From NCBI GenBank assembly GCA_002410925.1, contig DHPR01000036.1:1-40512 (forward strand): a stretch of 40,512 bases of DNA, in the 5' to 3' direction. Position 1 is the first letter of the stretch. Every line of letters begins with the position of its first letter. Made by a program: the position numbers and the translations under genes. Origin of the DNA: a bacterium UBP13_UBA5359. Lineage in GTDB: Bacteria > UBP13 > UBA5359. The notes beneath the pieces are model-generated. The model saw nothing but the letters and a program-made list of their open reading frames with translations, was not told the origin of the DNA and ran no database searches. Below, in pieces: positions 1 through 11,043 of this stretch.

Positions 1-69
1 GCTATCGGTATAACCGGTCACATGCTGCCGCGCTATGCCCCCACAACCTATAATTCCTACTTTAATCAC
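1..69 (-). CDS. Gfo/Idh/MocA-family oxidoreductase, N-terminus (runs off the left edge)
   Basis: Not in the ORF track. GGAGG RBS then GTG at 69; translates MIKVGIIGCGGIARQHVTGYTDS, the Rossmann GxGxxA...H start typical of Gfo/Idh/MocA. Confidence 0.85.
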   Translation of the reverse strand, partial: MIKVGIIGCGGIARQHVTGYTDS

Positions 70-152
70 TTTGACCAACCTCCGAATAATAAATTCTCAC
101 CATTAAGGTTTATTATGTTTATTTACTTTTATATAAATTTCGCCGTAAATAT

Positions 153-183
153 AAAAACTCCTGCCCTTATAAAGGCAGGAGTT
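153..183 (-). terminator. Rho-independent terminator after the solute-binding protein gene
   Basis: Minus strand AACTCCTGCC-tttataag-GGCAGGAGTT followed by TTT, about 35 nt after the stop at 220. Confidence 0.85.
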
Positions 184-219
184 GAAGATAATCGTTTAAC
201 CGGGATAATCGACATCAAC

Positions 220-1506
220 TTATTTTACTTTGGCGCCGACATTTTTATCGTAGTTACGGGCAATCTGCCGGCAGGCTTCTTCCACGGCCAGCTGTCCGAT
301 CTCTACCAATTGAAAACAATCGCCGGCGTATTTTTCCCATTCATTGCTGCCTGGAACAAAAGGAAGCGGCACAGCATCCTTGAGCATCTCCCGGAAGACA
401 AGATTGACCGCAGGCCGCCCTTTGTAGCTGACAAAGACATCATCCTCTGTCATGGCTTTGATTACGGTGACATCGGAACGCTCCGCCGTTATTAGACGTT
501 GTCCTTCGGAGCTGACGACAAAGGAAACGAACTTCCATGCCTCTTCAGGATATTTTGTCATGGCGGAAATAGCCAAGTTTGATAACATGGTAAAGCAGAA
601 AGTTCCCTTGGGACCCCGGGGCATAGGCGCCACTCCCCAGCGGAAGGATATGCCTCCCTGGGTAAGCACATCTATTGCATCACGCCCCGAGATACGCATG
701 GCTACCTTGCCGGCCTGAAAGGGGTCGGCAAGCATACCACCGGTCTGCAGCCCAGCCGTTTCAATCTCAGTCGGAGCCACTCCCTTTTTCAGCTTCAGAT
801 CTGCTAAAGCCTTGTAGGCTGCCAACGTAACCGGATCGTTCATACCGCTCTTCTTCATGTCCCGGCTGTATATGCGCCCGCCGTGGCTGTAAATATAGGA
901 CATAACCATATTACTGGTCGGATTCAAATCATAGACTACCCCAAACTGCACCTTGCGCCCATTCTCCTTCTTAGTAAGCCTGATAGCGGTATCGGCAAAA
1001 TCCTGCCAGGTCCAATCATTTGAGGGATAAGGCACCCCAGCTTTGTCGAACAGATCCTTATTGTAGTATATTCCCGGAGTCCAGGTCCAGATAGGAACAG
1101 CGTACACCTTGTTGTCAGCCGTAACGGCATTCATTATATCTGGCCACATGGCCTTTCGTGTCTTCTGAAAGTCCGACCCGGATGTCCACTTCCTCAGATC
1201 CATCAAGGCGCCTCGCATACCCATATTGTGGACATCCCTGGTGATCATCAGGGCTACATCCGGCATAGTATTGGCAGCCGCCATGGTCAGCAGCTTCTGT
1301 ACATAATCACCTCCCTGGGTGGTTATCAGCTTCGCCGGCACCTCGGGGTTGGTGGCATTGTAGGCATCTATCAGCTTCTGCCCGAAGGCAGCGTTATAGA
1401 CATCCCCCCACCACATAACCTTTATCTCTTTTTTCCTCTGAGAACCGCACCCGCTAAACAGATCAATGCATAGCAGTAGTATCAACATCAATATGCTTTT
1501 TTTCAA
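220..1506 (-). CDS. Sugar ABC transporter extracellular solute-binding lipoprotein
   Basis: GGAGG RBS + TTG; lipobox FSGC; family motifs IYYNKDLFDKAGVPYPSNDWTW and WGVAPMP. Confidence 0.9.
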   Translation of the reverse strand: MKKSILMLILLLCIDLFSGCGSQRKKEIKVMWWGDVYNAAFGQKLIDAYNATNPEVPAKLITTQGGDYVQKLLTMAAANTMPDVALMITRDVHNMGMRGALMDLRKWTSGSDFQKTRKAMWPDIMNAVTADNKVYAVPIWTWTPGIYYNKDLFDKAGVPYPSNDWTWQDFADTAIRLTKKENGRKVQFGVVYDLNPTSNMVMSYIYSHGGRIYSRDMKKSGMNDPVTLAAYKALADLKLKKGVAPTEIETAGLQTGGMLADPFQAGKVAMRISGRDAIDVLTQGGISFRWGVAPMPRGPKGTFCFTMLSNLAISAMTKYPEEAWKFVSFVVSSEGQRLITAERSDVTVIKAMTEDDVFVSYKGRPAVNLVFREMLKDAVPLPFVPGSNEWEKYAGDCFQLVEIGQLAVEEACRQIARNYDKNVGAKVK

Positions 1507-1527
1507 GATTCCTAGCCTCCTCAGACG

Positions 1528-3453
1528 CTACTTGATAATATTATAATTGCCTTTATCATAATCCACGATTATTCCGGTCCCATTGGAGTAAGTCGTTTCG
1601 AAAATGCTATCAGCAATCTTGCGGTGATTCTCAATCAACTCGAGCTGGAGATACCCTAGTTCCTTACACAGCGTTTCATACTGTTTACTCATATCCGATA
1701 ACCGTTCCAGATACGAATCACCAAACTCCTGATGCTGCCTGTAAGTCAGCGCTACCCTTGGTAATGCCCCGTATTCTATTTCGCGAAGAAGCCCTTCTCG
1801 TTGATCGCCATATTCAGCACTTCCAGCATCATACAGATGGTATCGGATTATACCATGATAAACAATTTGGTAGAAAGGCACGTGTTCATCAACATAGTCT
1901 TTCACAAATTTATTCTTTATCATAAACTGATTTGTCGCCACTCGTGTTTGTGCAACGCCGTCGATAATGTCCGACATGAAATCCATATTATTTTCGATAA
2001 CACAGCTTCCAAATACATCCCTTGCCGCAGAAGCTATCTTCCTTACACCTTCAGCATATGCCCTTCGGCCAGCAGAGTGTAAGTGTTCTTTATCGAAACA
2101 AATACGCGGAGGTTGTACCATAGCATCAAGATAATAGAAGCCGCTTATCCCTAACTTTTTTATTTTTGGTAAATCCCTTTGTGCAAACTTCAATCCTTTT
2201 TCTGGACAGATGATGTACGATTGCCCTCCGGCCCAAACGCCACCACGAATCAGCCATCCGTCTCTATCCCTGCATATATCATCCGGATTCCAATCTGGAG
2301 CGCCTTCGTATGCATCTGCATAATTATCATGCAAAGTGATTTGATAGTTTAAGCTTTTAGCATGCTCTACCAGTTTCCTAAGCCCGTCCTCTCCCCCCAA
2401 ACAAGGCTCCACCGGAAATCTGGTCGGATATTTGCCGTCATGTCCTTCGCTGTTCCACCCAACCAAAATAATAGACGCTTTATCGATACCAACATTTTTA
2501 AAACTATCCAGCATTCTTTCAGCTTCCTGAAAAGTCGTGTATATCTCAAGTTCCTCTCTGCCGCCATGCGAAGGCTTTTTACTGGCACAGAAAATCTTTA
2601 TAAAGTCATAGGCACGCAGAGAATAATCCAGGTCCGGATTGTTCGATAATCTGTCTTTGAGCAACTTAATGTTTTTACTTGTTATCAGATAATCTCTGTA
2701 TGCCCTAGCCATACCAGCATAATTGGCATCTTTTCCTGTCAAAAAACAGTAGCGGGCAACGCGATTAACTTCGTCTATCTTATCAGCCTTTCCATAGCGA
2801 TAATGGAAACAAGGGTAGACGGAATTACTTCTCTTCACTCCCTGATTCAGTTCGGTAATAATCTCTGTATCGAATTCCCCACTGGTTATTATCCCGATAA
2901 AGGCTGAATCGTCATTAACAACGCCCCAAACAGGCATAGCCACAAAATCTTCCCATTGGCTTTGGTGGTTATAAACAAGATTGCCGTGTTTTTTGGCGGC
3001 GCACTTATCGAAACGGCATATTACACCGCTGTAATTCGGCAATAACATATAACCGGGTTGCCCGGTGGGCGTATAACCGAACATTGCCAACGGCACTATG
3101 CTGAGCAAACGAAAATTCGGATCTGTCTCCCCAATTTTGCAAGTAGGGATACGAATATCCACTTCATTGCCGGAAAGCGTATACTCTATATGGAAGATTA
3201 TCCCTGTTTCTGAACATCTGTAAATCATCTCGACCTTAGCATCGGAATCTCTTTTCTTCACATAACAGCCCTGTCCAGCAGGAAGGAAAACCTCTTTCAA
3301 TCTGTCCTCATTTACATTAAAGCATCTAATTATGATTGAGTGATCGCCGGCAAACCATGTTTTCCCCGTCCTTTTGTCAAGAACGGATATCACTCCCACC
3401 GTATCTGACGTTATCTTCAATATGCTGTTTTGTAGAGTAGGTAGAGTGGGCAT
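1528..3453 (-). CDS. DUF5696-like putative glycoside hydrolase (GH101/GH129-related TIM barrel)
   Basis: 641 aa; YAGMARAYRDYL, GWNSEGHDGKYP, LGGEDGLRKLVEHAK, LHDNYADAY, GFYYLD. No signal peptide. Confidence 0.7.
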   Translation of the reverse strand: MPTLPTLQNSILKITSDTVGVISVLDKRTGKTWFAGDHSIIIRCFNVNEDRLKEVFLPAGQGCYVKKRDSDAKVEMIYRCSETGIIFHIEYTLSGNEVDIRIPTCKIGETDPNFRLLSIVPLAMFGYTPTGQPGYMLLPNYSGVICRFDKCAAKKHGNLVYNHQSQWEDFVAMPVWGVVNDDSAFIGIITSGEFDTEIITELNQGVKRSNSVYPCFHYRYGKADKIDEVNRVARYCFLTGKDANYAGMARAYRDYLITSKNIKLLKDRLSNNPDLDYSLRAYDFIKIFCASKKPSHGGREELEIYTTFQEAERMLDSFKNVGIDKASIILVGWNSEGHDGKYPTRFPVEPCLGGEDGLRKLVEHAKSLNYQITLHDNYADAYEGAPDWNPDDICRDRDGWLIRGGVWAGGQSYIICPEKGLKFAQRDLPKIKKLGISGFYYLDAMVQPPRICFDKEHLHSAGRRAYAEGVRKIASAARDVFGSCVIENNMDFMSDIIDGVAQTRVATNQFMIKNKFVKDYVDEHVPFYQIVYHGIIRYHLYDAGSAEYGDQREGLLREIEYGALPRVALTYRQHQEFGDSYLERLSDMSKQYETLCKELGYLQLELIENHRKIADSIFETTYSNGTGIIVDYDKGNYNIIK

Positions 3454-3471
3454 TTCACTTTTTCCCCCTTG

Positions 3472-3501
3472 TTTGTTTATTCTTGATTTGTTTATTCTTG
3501 A
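3472..3501. repeat. Perfect 15-bp tandem direct repeat (2 copies)
   Basis: TTTGTTTATTCTTGA at 3472-3486 and 3487-3501, just upstream of the RBS of the DUF5696-like gene. Confidence 0.9.
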
Positions 3502-3663
3502 GAGGTAGAGTCAATTGTTTCGGTGCACGGAATTCAGTGTTGAGCTGCTGATTAGGCTTTCCCAATCCGAACTTTCACCGACAAGAGCCTCACAAGCTTC
3601 TCCTGGCGCACTCATAGATTATCTTCTCACGTTCCTGATAATAACTTTGCGTTTATTGGATAC

Positions 3664-5253
3664 TTACTTCTCTGATAAAGTTACAGCTATCAAAGGCGCC
3701 AATGCATGCTCTATATATGACTTTGCTCCAGAAGGTATGCCTTCTACAGTGTACGTTTCGTATACAGCAGGAGAAGCAGCGATTATATTCACTAGACACG
3801 ATAGATATCTCTCAGCCATATCCTTTTTGCCGGCCATCTGCAATGCGGCGATCAGCGTCGCGCCACATCTGCCGATCATCGTATCCCTGCCACCATGCCA
3901 CGCGGTACAATCCTCCAGCATATCGTTTACCGGCTCAAGCCATGAACCGTAAAGAAGATACGGCGCAGGGATAGTACTCTCCCTGAACGGATGATCAACA
4001 AAAGCTTGCCATATTTCATTCATCTGCTCTGCTGTGGAAACACCGAAAATTACGGACAGCATATGTGTATCTATCCGGTAATGAGGGTGTATGTTTCCTT
4101 CAATATCCCGCCAGTCGATATAGCCGTTACAGTTCCATAGTCCACCTTCGGTTACATTTCTGTTCATGGCTCCACGCAACCTTGTTGCAATGCCCAAATA
4201 GCGGCCGGCCAATTCGGTAGAACCATAGTATTCCAGCATTTCAGCCGTTACATATAATCCGCGATATGCCAGAATATTGATTAACGAAGAATGCCAGCCG
4301 TTTACTAAAAGATCCGCCCACTCACATCCTTTCATCTTACTTTCAGCAGCTACAAGCCCGTCATCCGTCATATAATGCAAATAGAAATCAGCAGCCCGGA
4401 TGACCAGAGCTATATCCGGCGCAATATCGCCCCATTTCCACATACGATATACCATATCAAGCCATAATCCATTAGCGTCGAAAAAAAGACCATAATTATC
4501 GTTGTTCCATATATGGTAGTATGGTATGCCCGATTGGCATCCGCCCCAGGGTATACACCCATCAAAACGCATATGCTCTCCAAGCCAATCTATTTGTTCT
4601 TTCCAGAAGCCACGCCGCTGGTCGGAGATATATGGATAAGAACCCAGGAATTGGAAATATGCATCGGGGATGCCGTCTTCCCCATAGCCGTCGTTGGTAC
4701 TTGGGCGTTGGAATATTACGCCATCCTTTCCTCTTCTGGTGCCGCCAAAATAGTCAAGTAGCCCCCTGATAAAGACATGCTTTGTTACCGAATCAGCCTC
4801 AGGCAAATTATGAAAAGGGAAAAGATGCCTTGTCCAGTCGGGCTCATTTCCCTGATAGGCATACAAACAAGCCTCAGATGTTTGGAGAATTAGCCGCAAG
4901 TCGTCACCTACGCGAACTATTTTCCATAATGCATCCGGAGAATCCGTGTAAACACCCCACCCCGGCTGAGCATCAACCACGCTGAAGATACTCAAAGAGC
5001 CTTGGCCGCAAAAGCAGCCATCCGTATGCAAAGCACCGGCCAAAGGTGTGCCATCCGGCGTTACACCTTCATCGCAATAAAAGTAACGTAAATTCGGATC
5101 GAGACCAAAAGCGATGCTTCCCAATTCGGCAGACCTATAAATCAACTGCCGCGACCTATCTCCATCAACCAGCACTGTCTTATCGACATCAGTGTAAACA
5201 AGCCAATGACCATTTTCATCAACTAATTTGACAGAGTCATCTTGAATAGACAC
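3664..5253 (-). CDS. Putative six-hairpin (alpha/alpha)6 glycosidase-like protein
   Basis: 529 aa, GGAGGGG RBS + GTG; C-terminal half has the helical pattern EWAD...INILAYRGL...AEML...RYLGIATRLRGAMN seen in six-hairpin glycosidases; CAZyme context. Confidence 0.55.
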   Translation of the reverse strand: MSIQDDSVKLVDENGHWLVYTDVDKTVLVDGDRSRQLIYRSAELGSIAFGLDPNLRYFYCDEGVTPDGTPLAGALHTDGCFCGQGSLSIFSVVDAQPGWGVYTDSPDALWKIVRVGDDLRLILQTSEACLYAYQGNEPDWTRHLFPFHNLPEADSVTKHVFIRGLLDYFGGTRRGKDGVIFQRPSTNDGYGEDGIPDAYFQFLGSYPYISDQRRGFWKEQIDWLGEHMRFDGCIPWGGCQSGIPYYHIWNNDNYGLFFDANGLWLDMVYRMWKWGDIAPDIALVIRAADFYLHYMTDDGLVAAESKMKGCEWADLLVNGWHSSLINILAYRGLYVTAEMLEYYGSTELAGRYLGIATRLRGAMNRNVTEGGLWNCNGYIDWRDIEGNIHPHYRIDTHMLSVIFGVSTAEQMNEIWQAFVDHPFRESTIPAPYLLYGSWLEPVNDMLEDCTAWHGGRDTMIGRCGATLIAALQMAGKKDMAERYLSCLVNIIAASPAVYETYTVEGIPSGAKSYIEHALAPLIAVTLSEK

Positions 5254-5306
5254 TATTCCCCTCCAACTGCAATCGTTTTTAAAGTGTACCGTTATAGCTT
5301 TGTTCG

Positions 5307-8300
5307 TTATTTTGTTGTCGTTAAGAAGCGCACATCACGAGCGCTTACCGGCACCATAACTCTATCGTCGCTGCTAAGGCGGAACTGCTCTTTCGTAATC
5401 GCATCCGTAAAGCTACCGGCGTTATTTCCAAGCAACCCTTTGCGATTAACCCAAACATCCAACCTAACATCTTCATCTGTGTCGTTGAACAAAACGAGCA
5501 TCACTCTGCCTGAATCGGTTCGCCTGTATGCCGAAATCACCCTGTTTTTCGATTGGGGGCTCATGACTCGCACGTATTGTGAGTTGTTCCAGTAACCGAA
5601 AAATTCAATCTTATCATCCCATAGCCCAAAATCATCTCCGGCTTCCCATACCGACAGCCAAGGCTTTATAGAGGCTGCCGGCCCCCCAGCCCAAAACTTA
5701 CCATCGTTAACCATGATTAAACCTAATAGATGCTTGTTTGGCTTGATAGCATCCGGGCCGGCCCAAACAGACGATCTGTCCGGGCTAAATATAGTTGTGC
5801 CTCTTATAAGCTCACTTAGACAAACCGGTATCGGCCCCCAGCCCAGCGACGCATATTCCGCTCGAAATTTATCAAGTGTAAGAATATCAAAATAGTTTCC
5901 TTGTTTGCCTACCGCTTCCGTAAAGTTTTCGCCATCCACTAATATATCCGTGAAAGAATGAACCGGCATTACTATCTCCCCGGAGCAGTGACACGCAATA
6001 AGGGCGTCTTTTCTATATCCCTTCGCCATTATGTAAATACGCTTGAGCAATTCTCTCGTTCCAAGAATATTGTAACTGGCGTTAATATTGCCATTATTAT
6101 CTACCCAACCGCATCCGTGTTTCAGGCTTTGACAGAACAGCGGCACTCCGTAATCAAAATATAACCCTTGGAACTTATGATCTTTAAAGGCTTGGGTCAG
6201 CTTCCATAAGTAAAAATCTCTGTATTCGCTGGAATTTGCACATGCCAAAGCAAGCGTCCAACCTACCGGCTCGCCTTCATCAGGATGGTACTTTGGTGCT
6301 CTTGCTTGAGGAAGGATTCGCCATTTTTCTCCCTCATATTTGAATTCGGGTGAGAATGGAGATACTGCAGACAACGCCAGATAAGGTGTTACCTGAAGGC
6401 CTTTCGCTTCTACATCTCTTAAGCGCTCGATCTCTTTAATATTCTTGAATACCGGATAATTAAACCAAATGCTCCAATCAGAAAACCATAAAGCAACATT
6501 AGAACCTTTAATATAATCATCTCCGATTTTCCACTTACGCCAATTCTGAGGCCTAGGCTTAACCGGTGTAGCCTGGAGGCCGAAGGAAATCTCCAAAGGT
6601 TCCTTCAGCAACAATGGTCTATCAACGATGTTTATTTTTGCTGCTACAGTAATATCTCCAGGAGTAATTTCCAGGCTATTTCCATAATCATCCAAATGCC
6701 ACCCCTTAAGGTTCTCAGCAAACCACTGCAGCCCCACTTCTTCGTTGCCGATCCAAAATACGGGCTTTTCCTTCAGGTTCTTTTTCCAGCCATTATCCGG
6801 CAGCAGCCCTGTCCCCCTTAATGAATAATCGCCACAATTTATCAATCCGGCATATTCCCTACGTAAGGGAAGGGTAAGAATCAGATTAGCTAAATTTGTC
6901 GTCTCCCTAGGCACGAATCGCAAATTTATCCATACGAACCCATCGTATTCTAAGAGTATTTCAGATGAAACCTCTATATTTCCGAGATTCCCTTTACCTC
7001 TGAGAATAACCTTGCTTCCCATATTTTTGATTACGCTTGTTCTGGCATTGGATAAGCGCGTAACCTGTCCACCTACAATCGCATCCAAGCGACAAGGAGA
7101 CGTAAACATTTCCTTGCCCTGAGATATTATTTGTGACGGCAGAATACTATCTTTGAATCGGTATTCCCGTCCCCAGCATCTAACGTTGTTGCCATCAATC
7201 AGCTTGATCTGTGTCCAGGGAGCTGGCACACTCTGCTCGGTTCCTATCCCGTTCTTTTGCCAGGGCGAAGGGAAAGCAAATTTGGTCCAATTCTCTTGAA
7301 AAGACGACAAGACATTTTTGTTTTCAGGCTCCAGAAAAGCAATCTCTATTTTATAGCTTCCCAAAGCCAACTTCACAGTATCAACCCCTATTTCGTCATC
7401 ATGCTTATCCGATTTGAAGAATTCTTCCAGGACAGGAGTTCCTCCACTATCAAACATACGCACACGTATCGGGTAATGCTGGCCGGACAAAGTAAGGTCC
7501 CTTTGATGCACCCCCAGCATTACCATCCCCTTTTCAGGAATTGTGTATAAGTAGTTATATTTGAAGGGCGCCTCTGTAGAAAAAGGCAGCAGGCGATTAA
7601 AAAGAATACCTTGACGGTCTGTACTTATCGCTATAGATAATTTACCCCACCCGTTAAAGCCTTTTTTCTGTAGGGGAAGCCTTATCTTATCATTGCTCTT
7701 AAGAAACAAGTCCTTACTGTAATTTAACACGTTTCCCTTGTCATTTTCCAAAGCAACAGACACATGAACATTTTCATTGCCTGCGCTCGCATTAGTTACC
7801 GCAAGTTCCATATCAAGGTCACCCCGATTTAAATCTCCGGGACTGCCTATGTTCATATATAAAGGACTCTCCCTAAACTTCAAAAAACCGAAATTATCAT
7901 TATCAAGATAACTATTCCTAACAGGGGATATCGCGGTATATCTTTCTAGAGAGGCGTAAGAACGACATATATTAAATCGCCATGTTTCTTCTGCCACAGG
8001 AGGAGCTACACCTAAGGCAGCAAAAGGGATAGACATCTCCACTGTCCACATGTTGTTTTTAATATTACTTACACACCGTCCCTCCATGTTCCAATTGGGA
8101 TTGCTATTTTTTGCATCATAAACAGCACCCGCAGAGTTAACTATAATCTGGAAAAATTAGTTTTTGGCGGTATTAAAAAGATTTCAACGGCGTCATCCTT
8201 CCAGATGTTAACATTATCTTTGTCTCTGACGTTAGCAACAGGTGGACTGAAAACCGATGATTGTATCCCCAGATACAGATTGCTTGTATCATAAGACAAA

Positions 8301-9187
8301 AAACATACAGCTTGATCAGAGTTGTAATTTCCCGTCCTTATATCGATGAACCCCCCCACCCTGAAAGTATATTCATCATCACAGATTTTGCCGTCAAGAG
8401 CAGGCATATTATTCGCTTTACCCACAGAGAGCAACGGTAAATTCTTAGCGTTTGAAGAGGGACGTAGCTCTTTCCACATTTCCGTTATTTTAGCGGCATC
8501 CAAAGCCACACCATAGATTTTAACCTCATCCATAAGCGTTTTCCCTTGAGGATTAGTGCCCCACAGTTCGGGTTTGTCCCCTCCTATAAAGAATGAAGTA
8601 AAAGGTGTTGTCGCCAAAGTTCCGATGTCTTTAGTATCTACCAGTTCCCCGTCAACGTATAACTTCATCGTTCTGTCTTTCCAGCTGCATGCAACAAAAT
8701 GCCACTCCCCGGGGTTCCACTCAGCTACACTGGAATATGCAATTGTCCACTGTCCACTCCGAGGACCTAATAAAAAAAACAATTTGTCACTTTCAATATA
8801 CTTATAAATAACCAACATACTGTCCGCACCACGAGCACCAAAAAAGTGGTGAAAATACTTATCATTTCCGTTCCAATCCAAAGGCTTTACCCAAAAGGCA
8901 ACCGTACCTTCCTTCAGATCAATATTGCCCTCTGCGCTATATTCATAACTCAAACCCTTCTTATCATTCTCTATGCCCACAATTAATGCCTTGCCGGCTA
9001 TGCCTTCCTCTAGCGCAAAAGCGTTGTCAGTACTGATCAAGGAAGAAGTTCCCAAAGGCCGTTCTTCTTTCAACCCGTTTTCAAATGAGTTATAGAACGT
9101 TAGGTTATTTTCGCATTGTCCCTGAGAAATCAGCTGTAATGACAGCACACAAAATACGAATACACCACCCAAAAGCTTCTTCAACAT
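5307..9187 (-). pseudogene. Secreted LamG + CBM9-like + DUF6067-like glycoside hydrolase (1293 aa if joined), split by a 1-nt frameshift at about 8152-8156
   Basis: ORF 8141-9187 (signal peptide, LamG GTVAFWVKP/WHFVACSW/LYVDG, start of CBM9-like DDAVEIFL) continues in another frame as FFQIIVNSAGAVYDAKNSNPNWN into ORF 5307-8087 (WTVEMSIPF, WRFNICR, LQATPVKP, GLYFDY). One extra T in a T5 run restores a single ORF; may be an assembly error. Confidence 0.8.
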
Positions 9188-9229
9188 CGGCTATATCCCC
9201 CATCTAGAAATTTCCGTTTACTCTACAAT

Positions 9230-9865
9230 TCAGCGCCTGTAATTTTCAACAGTCAATGCGCCTGTTTTCTTCCATGATACATGACCATCACAAAAGAGAA
9301 AATTGCTTCCATCGCCATGAGGATTGCGGCACGACATATCGTAACCTTCATATCCGGCAGAAGCGCTGTTTGTACCGTTGTTATAGTATGCGAAAAACTC
9401 TAATAGCAAAACGGTTTCCGTTGGTGAGTGTACATCACCAAGAGACGCTGAACCCGCATGGGCGGGATCTCCGTCAGGAGCCCAACTTACCCCGTTAACA
9501 CTGTTATATTGGTCACCAGCATTAATAGAGTAAGATCGGTCGTCACCTTGACCCGGGCCTGGCCAACCGCTGCTGTCAGATGGGCAAAGTAATAACGATA
9601 CATTTTTATAATAAGGCTTGATCAAGTCACTCCATGAACTATCGAAGCCAAAAGCCGCGGGGGGGAAAAACTCGTCATAATCCTGAACATACATATCCAT
9701 TGCCAAGCCCAATTGTTTTAGATTACTCGCGCAAGTCGTCTGCCTGGCTTTCTCTCTAGCCTTACTAAAAACCGGAAAAAGAATAGCACTTAATATAGCT
9801 ATTATCGCAATAACTACTAGTAATTCTATTAATGTGAATCCTTCTTGGTTTCTAATACTTACCAT
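9230..9865 (-). CDS. Prepilin-type N-terminal cleavage/methylation protein with DUF1559 and H-X9-DG motif
   Basis: [49 protein letters not shown]-terminal [23 protein letters not shown]. Confidence 0.93.
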   Translation of the reverse strand: MVSIRNQEGFTLIELLVVIAIIAILSAILFPVFSKAREKARQTTCASNLKQLGLAMDMYVQDYDEFFPPAAFGFDSSWSDLIKPYYKNVSLLLCPSDSSGWPGPGQGDDRSYSINAGDQYNSVNGVSWAPDGDPAHAGSASLGDVHSPTETVLLLEFFAYYNNGTNSASAGYEGYDMSCRNPHGDGSNFLFCDGHVSWKKTGALTVENYRR

Positions 9866-9949
9866 TTGCCCAGCCTCCTATTCATTTTCCTCAGAATATC
9901 TTTAAAAACTAAAGCACACCTCTAACTCTTACCCGCTTAGTTTGCCCCC

Positions 9950-10993
9950 TTATGCCAGCTTCCGACATGATTGTCTCTCTATCAGTTCAACCGGAAAGGT
10001 TATCTTTATTCCAGGCGTTCCCTTCCCTTCCATCTCACTTATCAGCACTTGCAAAGCCATTTTTACCATCTCTTTCTTATCCATTCCGATAGTTGTCAAC
10101 GCAGGATAAAGATGTGGGGCCAGGTTGATATTATCAAAACTGATTACAGAGATATCACGAGGTATCTGTAATCCCTTTTTCTGGATCGCTTTATAAACAC
10201 CGATGGACATGGGATCAGAAACGCTGTAAATGGCGGTAGGCAATGTATCCATCTTCAAAAGAGAATCCGTTGCCTTTACTGCCTCTTCGATACTGAACTT
10301 ACCCTCTTTTACCAGAGCCTCATCGTAAGGGATGCCTGCCTCTTCCAACGCTTTTTTATAGCCATTAAACCTCAATTTAGTGTCAGAATGCTTTTCCAGA
10401 TATCCTACGATACAGCCTATTCGCCTATGCCCCATATTTATCAAATAATTGGTAGCTAAAAATCCGCCCATGAAACCATCAGGATGAACGCAAGAAACAG
10501 TATTGTTTTTTATACGACCGAGAAGAACAAGACACTTCACCTTTTTTCTTATTTTGTCGATCTCAGCCATATGTTGGTCACTCAAGCCAATCAGCAAACA
10601 TCCGCCAATAACGTTAGGATTCACTGTATTGATAAAAAGGCTCCGGTCGGCAAGTTCATCCAACGTATAAGTAAAATGATTACGGATACCCATTTTAAGC
10701 AGAACTCTATCCAACTCATCCAATATCTCAGCAGTGTATGGTTCGGAATACTTTTCATAGTTTGAAAAAAGGATACAGCCTATATCTCCAATACGCACAG
10801 GATGACCGTTCTTACGTAACGCAAGTCGCTTACCCATTTCGTTCGGTATATATCCAAAGGCATCCACAGATTGCCAGACCCGTTTTCTTATATCCTCACT
10901 GACATGCGGGTAGTTGTTTATTACTCTAGATACCGTCTTAATACATACTCCAGCATCTTTGGCAATGTCTTTAATTGTGATAGCCTTTGTCAT
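9950..10993 (-). CDS. LacI-family transcriptional regulator
   Basis: TIKDIAKDAGVCIKTVSRVINN HTH; GHRRIG, IPRDISVISFD, PALTT, ELIERQS sugar-binding domain. Confidence 0.95.
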   Translation of the reverse strand: MTKAITIKDIAKDAGVCIKTVSRVINNYPHVSEDIRKRVWQSVDAFGYIPNEMGKRLALRKNGHPVRIGDIGCILFSNYEKYSEPYTAEILDELDRVLLKMGIRNHFTYTLDELADRSLFINTVNPNVIGGCLLIGLSDQHMAEIDKIRKKVKCLVLLGRIKNNTVSCVHPDGFMGGFLATNYLINMGHRRIGCIVGYLEKHSDTKLRFNGYKKALEEAGIPYDEALVKEGKFSIEEAVKATDSLLKMDTLPTAIYSVSDPMSIGVYKAIQKKGLQIPRDISVISFDNINLAPHLYPALTTIGMDKKEMVKMALQVLISEMEGKGTPGIKITFPVELIERQSCRKLA

Positions 10994-10999
10994 GGATAG

Positions 11000-11043
11000 T
11001 TGTCACCTGTTGTCCTTATTATTGTCACCGTTGTCTTTTATTA
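11000..11043. promoter_or_regulatory. Imperfect 22-bp direct repeat, candidate LacI-type operators
   Basis: TTGTCACCTGTTGTCCTTATTA (11000-11021) and TTGTCACCGTTGTCTTTTATTA (11022-11043) lie between the -10 box and the LacI start. Confidence 0.55.

Noticed and set aside
22-495. 157-aa plus-strand ORF
   Set aside because: Antisense to the solute-binding protein and the oxidoreductase start, spans a terminator, no recognisable motif.
3511-3615. 34-aa minus-strand ORF (MSAPGEACEALVGESS...)
   Set aside because: No convincing SD and no recognisable motif; cannot be supported.
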